NCBI GenBank assembly: GCA_031459915.1
Contig: JAVKHO010000030.1
Location: forward strand, 1-14,971
Direction of reading: 5' to 3'
DNA length: 14,971 nt
Source: Candidatus Tepidifontimicrobium thermophilum
GTDB lineage: Bacteria; Sysuimicrobiota; Sysuimicrobiia; Sysuimicrobiales; Sysuimicrobiaceae
A program made the translations under genes and the position numbers. The notes beneath the pieces were generated by a model. That model worked only from the letters and a program-made list of their open reading frames with translations, was not told the origin of the DNA and ran no database searches. This document shows, piece after piece, positions 8,029 to 14,743 of the stretch (the first letter of the stretch is position 1; every line of letters starts with the position of its first letter).

Positions 8029-8076
8029 CTCAGCCCCGGGAGGGTCGCAGGGCTCGCGCTGACACCCTGCGCATGG

Positions 8077-9405
8077 TCAACGTCCCCGGGCCGCCTGGCC
8101 CGCCTGGCCCGCCAGCTGCAGGGCCCGGCCGTACGCCTCTCGGGCCAGCGCCTCCCACTCCCGCTCCTTCGCCGCACGGTACGTAGGGTCTCGGTCCACC
8201 TGCTGGGCGATCTCCATGGCCGTGGCCTCACTCACCGGCACGAGCCGCGCCGACGCCTTCGCCTGCCGCAGGAGCCGTTCCGCCTGGGCCACGTCGCGGC
8301 CCTGACGGCGGGCTTCCTCCACCGCCCGCTCCGCCGCGTAGATGGCTTCCCACGCCCGCCGCAGCTCCGCGTGGCGGAAGGTGATCACCTGGTCGAACAT
8401 GCGGGTCACCAGCTGGTAGCGGGCTGCGGACAGGTTCGCGTCGAACTGCACTCCCGCGCTCATCCGGAACGGGTTGGGGAACCCCTTAGGCGCCTGCGCG
8501 TACAGGCTGGCGCGGACCGGCAGCCGCCCGATCTCCGGCCGGAACAACAGCTTCTGCCCGTCGTCGCTCAGCAGGAAGTTCACGAACCGCCGGGCGCCCT
8601 CCGGGTTGGGCGCGCCCCGGACGATCCCTACGTTGGCCGGCACCAGGGACGTCACCTTCGGGTAGGTGAACCGCACCGGCTGTCCGGAGGCGATGGCGGA
8701 CAGCCCGAAGAAGTCGATGACAATCCCGATGCCGTACTGGCCCGCGATCACCGCCTCGGGGACGCCGAAGGACCGCTCCGTAAGGGCGCCCATGTTCCCG
8801 GCCATCTGCACCAGGAGCGGCCATCCGCGGTCCCACCCGTAGCCCTGAAGAATGGTCTCCACGGTGAGGTGGGTGGTGCCGCTGCGGGCCGGGGTGGACA
8901 TGATGATGTGGCCGAAGTACACGGGCTGCAGCAGGTCCTCCCACTCCTTCGGCTCGGGCAACCTGCGCCGTTCCATGTACACCGTGTTCCACATGATCCC
9001 GTAGCCGCTCACCGCGAACCCCACGAAGTACCCATCGGGGTCGTTGATGGGGAAGCCCGCCACCCGGTCCGGGATCCCCCGGCGGACCTCCGCGGGAGGG
9101 GTGTAGCGCTCCAGCAGGTTGTTCTGCTTCAGGTACACAAAGGCGTCCACCGCGCTGGCCCAGAACACGTCCACGTCGGGACGGCCCGCGCGCTCCCGGA
9201 TCTGCGTGATCCCGGCGGTGGTGGGCTTCGACACCACCACCAGGGACCAGCCGGGGTTCGCGCGCTCGAAGGCCACCTTGTACGCCTCGAACAGCTCCCG
9301 CGGGAACGAGGTCAGGACCACGACCTGGTTCGCCTGGGCCAACGCCCCCGCGGGCAGCGACAACGCCACGGCCAACAGCAACAGGACCGTCCCGCGTACC
9401 TTCAT
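8077..9405 (-). CDS. ABC transporter substrate-binding protein (AfuA/FbpA superfamily, PgtC-like)
   Basis: Signal peptide MKVRGTVLLLLAVALSLPAGALA; DVFWASAVDAF, GFAVSGYGIMWN, PKEWEDLL, PARSGTTH, ARRFVNFLLSDDGQ. Confidence 0.9.
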   Translation of the reverse strand: MKVRGTVLLLLAVALSLPAGALAQANQVVVLTSFPRELFEAYKVAFERANPGWSLVVVSKPTTAGITQIRERAGRPDVDVFWASAVDAFVYLKQNNLLERYTPPAEVRRGIPDRVAGFPINDPDGYFVGFAVSGYGIMWNTVYMERRRLPEPKEWEDLLQPVYFGHIIMSTPARSGTTHLTVETILQGYGWDRGWPLLVQMAGNMGALTERSFGVPEAVIAGQYGIGIVIDFFGLSAIASGQPVRFTYPKVTSLVPANVGIVRGAPNPEGARRFVNFLLSDDGQKLLFRPEIGRLPVRASLYAQAPKGFPNPFRMSAGVQFDANLSAARYQLVTRMFDQVITFRHAELRRAWEAIYAAERAVEEARRQGRDVAQAERLLRQAKASARLVPVSEATAMEIAQQVDRDPTYRAAKEREWEALAREAYGRALQLAGQAGQAARGR

Positions 9406-9449
9406 CACGTCCCTCCCCTCCGCTCGTTTCTGTGTCGCCTGAGCCGCTG

Positions 9450-10010
9450 CTAGCGGACCCGTTCGAGGTACTGTCCCGTGCGGGTGTCCACCCGGATCCG
9501 GTCCCCCCGCTCCACGAACAGGGGCACCTGCACCACCGCCCCGGTTTCGAGGGTGGCGGGCTTGCTCCCGCCCGTGGCGGTGTCGCCCCGCACCCCGGGA
9601 GGCGTGTCCACCACTTCCAGCTCCACGCTGTTCGGCAGCTCCACCTCCAGGGGGGCCCCCTCGTGGAAGACCACCTCCACCGTGGTCCCCTCCTTCAGGA
9701 AGCGCCGGGACTCCCCCACCACGGAGGCCGGCAGCGCGACCTGCTCGTAGGTGGCGGTGTCCATGAAGTGGTACTGCTCCCCGTCGCTGTACAGGTACTG
9801 CATCTCCTTGGTCTCCAGGAACGCCTGCGGGACCCGCTCGCCCGCGTTGAACTTCCGCTCCACGATGGCCCCCGTGCGCATGTTGCGGATCTTCGCGCGC
9901 ACGTACGCCGAGCCCCTCCCCAGCTTGACGTGCTGGGCTTCCACCACCGTGTACAGCTCCCCCTCCAGCTGGATGTGCACCCCCGGCCGGAAGTCGTTGG
10001 TCGAGATCAA
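9450..10010 (-). CDS. efp: Translation elongation factor P
   Basis: (M)ISTNDFRPG...HVKLGRGSAYVRAKIRN...MQYLYSDG...TPPGVRGDTATGGSKPATLETG...IRVDTRTGQYLER. TTG start at 10010 after GGAGGAGG; 186 aa. Confidence 0.97.
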   Translation of the reverse strand: MISTNDFRPGVHIQLEGELYTVVEAQHVKLGRGSAYVRAKIRNMRTGAIVERKFNAGERVPQAFLETKEMQYLYSDGEQYHFMDTATYEQVALPASVVGESRRFLKEGTTVEVVFHEGAPLEVELPNSVELEVVDTPPGVRGDTATGGSKPATLETGAVVQVPLFVERGDRIRVDTRTGQYLERVR

Positions 10011-10195
10011 CCGCGCTCCTCCTCCACGTGTGTTGTCGGCGGCCGTGGGCCTCCCGCACCGGCCACACGGCCTCCACGCCCATTCTACAAGGCCGGCCCG
10101 CCAGCCCGGGTGACCCTGGCAGCGGCGCGCCCGACCTAGCCGGCAGGCCCGACGTCTGCCTCCCCGAGGGAAGAGCAGCCGGCGGTCCAGGTGCC

Positions 10196-11077
10196 CTACG
10201 CGGGTTCGTACACCAGGGACGTGTTGCCGCCCAGACGCCGCGCGGTGTCCAGGGCTTCCTCGGCCCGGGCCAGCAGGCTCTTCGCGTCCTGGGCGTGCAG
10301 GGGACAGCACGCAGCCCCCACGCTCACGGTCGCCTCGTGGGGTGCTGACGCACCTACAGCCTCCCGGACCCTCTCTGCGATGAGGAAGGCGTAGTCCGGA
10401 TTGGCCTCGGGCATGAGCACGTAGAACAGGTCCGGCTCCACGTAGAACTTCGTGTCCACCGCCCGGGTCACCCGCTGGATGGCTGCAGCCGCCTCCCGGA
10501 CCGCCTCCTCCGCCACCCCCTGCCCCCACCGCCCCAGGAGTCCGTCGTAGTTGTCCAGCCGCGCGGCCAGCAGGCACAGCGGGTGTCCGTAGCGCAGGGC
10601 CCTCTGGACCTCCACGGGGAGCGAGATCTCAAGGTAGCGGCGGTTGAACAGCCCGGTGGCGGGGTCGCGGATGCGTTCTGCCTCTACCTGCGCGTCGCCC
10701 GCGGCCCGGGCCAGGGCCTCGAACCACCTCGCCAGCTCCACCGCGGCCCGGTCGAAAGCCGTGTGCAGGGCCTCCTTCTGCGCGTCCGTGAGGCCCGGGA
10801 TCCCCTCCATGGCCGCGGCCCGGAACAGGAGAAGCTGCCGCAGCTCCTCCGGCAGCGACTGCACCGCAGAGAGTCCCCACTGCGGGTCGCGGCGCAAGCG
10901 CTCCACCAAGCCGTCCAGGTCGCCTCTCAGTACGGCCTCCGTACCCTCCACCAGGGCCCGGCCGCGCGCCTGAAGGGCCACCCTGGCACGGCCACCGCCC
11001 TCCACCGCTGCCAACCAGTTGCGCACGATCCGGTCGCGGATTCCAATCTCGAGTGCGGCCACGGCGTTCGCGTCCAC
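10196..11077 (-). CDS. Degenerate GGDEF-domain protein with N-terminal helical (RsbRD_N-like) domain
   Basis: RDPATGLFNRRY...EVQRALRYGHPL...TVSVGAA...LLARAEEALDTARRLGGN gives the GGDEF fold, but the signature reads EPDLF. RxxD (RAVD) is retained. GTG 11077 is preferred over 11086 on SD spacing. Confidence 0.88.
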   Translation of the reverse strand: MDANAVAALEIGIRDRIVRNWLAAVEGGGRARVALQARGRALVEGTEAVLRGDLDGLVERLRRDPQWGLSAVQSLPEELRQLLLFRAAAMEGIPGLTDAQKEALHTAFDRAAVELARWFEALARAAGDAQVEAERIRDPATGLFNRRYLEISLPVEVQRALRYGHPLCLLAARLDNYDGLLGRWGQGVAEEAVREAAAAIQRVTRAVDTKFYVEPDLFYVLMPEANPDYAFLIAERVREAVGASAPHEATVSVGAACCPLHAQDAKSLLARAEEALDTARRLGGNTSLVYEPA

Positions 11078-11091
11078 CGCGCGCACCTCCC

Positions 11092-11517
11092 TTACCGCAC
11101 CGCGGGGATCTCGCTCCGGGGCAGCATGAGCCGGCTCAGGTCGGTCAGCAACGCTTCCGCGGCGTCCCAGTCGCCCCGCAACCTGAGCAAGCTGTACAGG
11201 GCCAGCAGGCTCCCGAGGTGGCCAGGCGAGGCTGCCAGGGCAGCACGGAACTCCGCCTCCGCGGTCCGGTGGTAGTCCCGCCCGTACCGGATCAGACCTG
11301 TTTCAAACTGCCGCCACGCGTTGAAGTACGCCAGGCCCAGCCGGTACCGGGTCTGGGCGTCCTGGGGGTTCTGCTGCGCGGCCTGCCGCAGGGGCAACAC
11401 CCCGGCGTTGAACGCCGCCTCCGAGGGGTAAACCGCCGACAGGACCTGGGCTCCCGCCAGGTCGGCATACGCAACCACCAGGTACAGAGCCGTCAGCAGC
11501 GCCAAGCTCCGCCTCAT
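11092..11517 (-). CDS. Exported tetratricopeptide-repeat protein
   Basis: Signal peptide MRRSLALLTALYLVVAYADLAGA; TPR-like NPQDAQTRYRLGLAY and AEAEFRAALAASPGHLGSLLAL. ATG 11517 with GGAGGT SD. Confidence 0.8.
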   Translation of the reverse strand: MRRSLALLTALYLVVAYADLAGAQVLSAVYPSEAAFNAGVLPLRQAAQQNPQDAQTRYRLGLAYFNAWRQFETGLIRYGRDYHRTAEAEFRAALAASPGHLGSLLALYSLLRLRGDWDAAEALLTDLSRLMLPRSEIPAVR

Positions 11518-11609
11518 GCCCCACCTCCAGGGGTCGCAGGGGAGATGTTCGCCACTGGGACGGCCTCTCTCCTCCCGGCCCTCGCGGGAGCAGCTACGTC
11601 CGAAAGGCC

Positions 11610-11654
11610 AAAAGCGCGCTGACCCTTCGTAGCCCTCCGCGAAGGCCCCCGCGC
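11610..11654 (-). terminator. Possible intrinsic terminator / attenuator upstream of the TPR gene
   Basis: GCGCG..CCTTCG (11654-11640) pairs with CGAAGG..CGCGC (11629-11614), followed by TTTTGGCCTTT. Imperfect stem and short U tract. Confidence 0.35.
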
Positions 11655-12025
11655 CACCGTCCGACTTTAGTACGCCAGCAGCGGCGCTCCACTCTTCGGG
11701 TTCGGCTGTACCAGGCCTCGACCAGCCCGCATGGGCGGAGCTTCCCGCGCCCGGGCCAGCTGTCTGGGCGGGCGGCGCGGCCTGCCCGCCGGGCCTCGTC
11801 CACGCCGCCCCGCCTGCCGGTCCGTGCCGGCCGGGTGTTACGACGGGCTCGGACCCCGCCCGGCCGCCACGCCGGCCGGCTGCGGGGCATCCGCAGACAG
11901 CCGGCGTGCCACCGTCCGGCACCCTGCCCGCCGGCCCCTCGGGGCGCATCCCGGAACGCGCCTGTCGGGCGCCTATTTCTTTCAACCTCAGGTACCCTGG
12001 GCCGCTTCCACCTCCTTCCCGCGGG
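11610..12025 (-). ncRNA. Candidate large structured non-coding RNA / leader (family not recognised)
   Basis: At least six consecutive stem-loops, several with G-U pairs valid only on the minus strand. Headed by GGAAGGAGGTG and GGTTGAAAGAAATAGGCGCCCGA; ends in a hairpin plus TTTT (11613-11610). Boundaries approximate. Confidence 0.5.
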
Positions 12026-12108
12026 GTGTTGCCGGCTTCCCGCTCCGACGATTGAACGCTAGATGAGCACGTTTTCGACCGCCTCGAGCGGGTAACATAA
12101 AACTCGGT

Positions 12109-13056
12109 ATGCCACTGCCGCCGGTACGGGTCGCGGTGCTAGGTGCGGGCGGGGTCGGCGGCTACTTCGGAGGCCGCTTGGCCCGGGCGGGCGCCGAGGT
12201 GTGCTGGGTCGCCAGGGGAGTCCACCTGGAGGCCATCCGGCGGGAGGGCCTGAAGGTGCGCAGCCCCGCGGGCGACTTCTGTGTCCGTGGTACCGCCACC
12301 GACGACCCCGCGGACGTGGGACCCTGCGACTACGTCCTGTTCTGCGTGAAGTCCTACGACACCGAGTCCGCGGCCCGGCTCCTCCCCCCGTTGCTGCACG
12401 AGCAGACTGCAGTCCTGACCCTGCAGAACGGCGTGGACAACCCCGACCGCATCGCGTCGGTTGTGGGCTGGCGTCACGTGATGGCGGGTGCCGCGTTCGT
12501 GTTCGCGACCGTGCGGGCGCCGGGCGAAGTCGCCCACACGGGAGGCCCGGGGCGCGTGGTGTTCGGCGAAATGGACGGCGCTCGCAGTCCCAGGGGCGAG
12601 CGGCTCCTGCAGTGGTTCCGGCAGGCCCAGGTGCCCGCCGAGCTCGTTCCGGACATCCGCCGGGTCCTGTGGGACAAGTTCGCCTTCATCTGCGCGCAGG
12701 CAGGGCTCACCGCGGCCACGCGCCTGCCGGTGGGCGAGCTGCGGGACGTGCGGGAGACCCTGGACCTGTTCCGACGGGTGGTAGAGGAGGTGTGCGCTGT
12801 AGCTGCAGCAGAGGGAGTACCGCTCCCTCCGGAGACCGCGGACCGCCACCTGGAGTTCGCCCGACGCCTCGAGCCGCAGTCCACCTCTTCCCTCCACCAC
12901 GACCTCGTCCACGGGCGCAGGATGGAGCTAGAGGCTCTCCACGGTACGGTGGTGCGCCTGGCCCGCCAGCACGGTCTCCCGGTGCCCGTCTGCGAGACCC
13001 TGTACGCGCTCCTGAAACCCTGGGCGCTGCGAAACGAGCGGGGGCTGCGCGGCTAA
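12109..13056 (+). CDS. panE: 2-dehydropantoate 2-reductase (ketopantoate reductase, PanE/ApbA family)
   Basis: GAGGVGGYFG Rossmann motif, FCVKSYD, LTLQNG, LWDKF, SSLHHDLVHGRRMELEALHG. No SD before the ATG; TAACAT/TAAAAC lies just upstream, so possibly leaderless. Confidence 0.9.
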   Translation: MPLPPVRVAVLGAGGVGGYFGGRLARAGAEVCWVARGVHLEAIRREGLKVRSPAGDFCVRGTATDDPADVGPCDYVLFCVKSYDTESAARLLPPLLHEQTAVLTLQNGVDNPDRIASVVGWRHVMAGAAFVFATVRAPGEVAHTGGPGRVVFGEMDGARSPRGERLLQWFRQAQVPAELVPDIRRVLWDKFAFICAQAGLTAATRLPVGELRDVRETLDLFRRVVEEVCAVAAAEGVPLPPETADRHLEFARRLEPQSTSSLHHDLVHGRRMELEALHGTVVRLARQHGLPVPVCETLYALLKPWALRNERGLRG

Positions 13057-13988
13057 CCGGCACCGCGGGACGGCGCTACGGAGGAACACCGCACACAGTC
13101 CGGGCCACACGGCTCCACGTGGATGGTGATGTCCGTGCCCGGCAGACGCCTCAGGATCTCCGCTTCCAGCTCGTCGCAGAGGGCGTGTGCCTCACCTACG
13201 GAAGCCGTACGGTGCAGCACCACGTGAAGGTCGAGGAACCGCTGCGCGCCGACCCGGCGCGTGCGTAGGGCGTGGTAGTCGAGCACCTGGTCACGCCGCG
13301 CGTCCAGGACCGCCCGGATCTGCGCTTCCTCATCCCGCGGCAGGGCCCGGTCCATCAGCCCGCCCAGGGCCTCGCGGTAAACCCCGACGCCCATCGCCAC
13401 GACGTGCAGGCCCACACCCGCGCCCACCGCCGGGTCCAGCCACTGGACGCCCGTCACTCGGACCACCCCGACGCCGACCAGGGCGGCGAGGGAGGTCAGG
13501 ACGTCCGCCAGGAGGTGCTTCGCGTCTGCTTCCAGGGCCAGGGACGCCCTCTCCCGGGAGACCCGCAGGAGGTAGCGGGCGGTGAGGAAGTTGCCCGCCG
13601 TCGCCGCCGCGACCAGCGCGAGCCCCCAGTCGAGAGCCCTCAAGGGCACGGGCTGCAGCAGACGTCGGACCGCCGTGACCACCACCGCCGTTCCCGCCAA
13701 GGCCACCAGAGCACCCTCCGTGGCCCCGCTGATGTACTCGGCCTTGCCGTGGCCGTAGGGGTGCCCCGCGTCCGGGGGCCTGGTGCCCACTAGAAGGGCC
13801 AGGAAGGCGATGTTGGCCCCCACCACGTTCACCACGGACTCGGCTGCGTCCGAAAGGAAGGCCACCGACCCGGTGAGGAGGTAGGCAACCGCCTTCAGGC
13901 TGAGGATCAGCAGGCTGACGGCCACCGACACCGCTGCAGCGCGTAGTTGGGGCGGGCGAGTGGTCTGCGGTAACTCAAGTGCGCGCAT
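13053..13988 (-). CDS. Cation diffusion facilitator family transporter (FieF-like)
   Basis: TGSVAFLSDAAES, PPDAGHPYGHGKAEY, ADAKHLLADV, YHALRTRRVG, ITIHVEP. ATG 13988 with GGAG SD. Confidence 0.93.
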   Translation of the reverse strand: MRALELPQTTRPPQLRAAAVSVAVSLLILSLKAVAYLLTGSVAFLSDAAESVVNVVGANIAFLALLVGTRPPDAGHPYGHGKAEYISGATEGALVALAGTAVVVTAVRRLLQPVPLRALDWGLALVAAATAGNFLTARYLLRVSRERASLALEADAKHLLADVLTSLAALVGVGVVRVTGVQWLDPAVGAGVGLHVVAMGVGVYREALGGLMDRALPRDEEAQIRAVLDARRDQVLDYHALRTRRVGAQRFLDLHVVLHRTASVGEAHALCDELEAEILRRLPGTDITIHVEPCGPDCVRCSSVAPSRGAG

Positions 13989-14141
13989 CGCCGCTCCAGG
14001 TCCGTCAGGGATTATCGTCAGTACGGCGCCGGGGTTTGCGGCCGGCTCTTTGGCGGCCACCGTCCCGCGCCCGCAGGCCGTTGAATGGGACGCTCTGAGG
14101 GCCGGCCGGCGGACCAAAGATGAGCTGTTCGGGCACCAGGC

Positions 14142-14602
14142 CTACGGACCCCACTCGGCTTCCCGTGGCGGTCCCGGGCCTACCGCAGGTGCCGCGCCCA
14201 GGACGCCCACCTGCGCCACCGGCGAGGTCGCGAGGAGCCCCACCAGCCACCGCAGCCACGCGCCCAACTTGCCATCCAAAGCGTCCATCCGGACGGCCAG
14301 TTCGTCCCGGTCCCGGTAACGGTCCACCTTCTGCTCCACGGCCTCGATCCGGCTGCCCAGCGTGGTCTCCACGCTGTCGGCCCGCCCCGCCAGCTCCTCC
14401 CGGTACCGGTCCACCTTCTGGTCCGGGGCGTCCATGCGGCTGCTCAGCCGCTGGTCCAGAGCCTCGATGCGGGCGCTCACTCGTCCATTGAGCCCACGCG
14501 CACCTGAAGGCCGTGGATGTCCTCCCGGAGCTGCCCCTACTTTCCGAACACGTCCTGAGCGGGGCCTTCCACAAATGCCAGTCGCTCCTCCACCGTCGCC
14601 AT
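14142..14602 (-). pseudogene. Pseudogene of a coiled-coil repeat protein with C-terminal membrane anchor (DUF1640/apolipoprotein-like)
   Basis: From ATG 14602: MATVEERLAFVEGPAQDVFGK*GQLREDIHGLQVRVGSMDE [frameshift about 14480] SARIEALDQRLSSRMDAPDQKVDRYREEL...QKVDRYRDRDEL...WLRWLVGLL. In-frame TAG at 14539-14537. Confidence 0.75.
14311..14420. repeat. Intragenic 23-bp direct repeat (QKVDRYR units)
   Basis: TCCCGGTA(A/C)CGGTCCACCTTCTG at 14311-14333 and 14398-14420; 22/23 identical, period 87 nt. Confidence 0.85.
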
Positions 14603-14714
14603 CCCGCTTCTCCCTTACCGTACGCCCGTGCCTCCTCTCCGTCTACTGAACGCCCCACCGGGCCCGTTTTAACGGGGGGCCGCAGAAAACCGGCGCCCCG
14701 CTTTGGTGCCCGGG

Positions 14715-14743
14715 TTGACCCGCGCTTTGTCGGTACTTATCAT
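14715..14743 (+). promoter_or_regulatory. Sigma70-type promoter of the GntR gene
   Basis: TTGACC (14715-14720) - 17 nt - TATCAT (14738-14743). Confidence 0.75.

Noticed and set aside
2524..9453. Long plus-strand ORFs (2524-4749, 3899-4897, 6865-9453) and alternate-frame minus ORFs
   Set aside because: Shadow ORFs of well-supported minus-strand genes in GC-rich DNA, with R/P/G/A-rich non-protein-like composition.
10123..10133. GGCGCGCCCG matching the tRNA 3' end (possible second att site)
   Set aside because: Ten all-GC bases on the wrong side of the tRNA within core genes; chance match.
11690..11712. CCGAACCCG on the minus strand, resembling the c-di-AMP (ydaO) riboswitch 3' motif
   Set aside because: It is not followed by (T/A)CAGCTAAC, and the upstream GCTGAATC/GGGGTGAATC elements are missing.
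11836..11844. GTCGTAACA on the minus strand, identical to a conserved 16S rRNA 3' segment
   Set aside because: Only 9 nt with no flanking rRNA similarity; not an rRNA fragment.
11955..11995. GGTTGAAAG...GCC...CAGGC, similar to the 5' part of the raiA motif RNA
   Set aside because: The downstream conserved raiA segments are not visible. The similarity is too short to call, but worth including in a cmsearch.
11518..12108. c-di-GMP-I/II riboswitch, expected upstream of a GGDEF gene
   Set aside because: No GGCAAA-stem-GAAA-stem-GACGCAAA or GGGCAC...GTGCAACC arrangement found on the minus strand.
14298..14470. Direct repeats that could suggest a CRISPR array
   Set aside because: Only two 23-bp copies, in coding phase within a coiled-coil gene; no cas genes or unique-spacer array.
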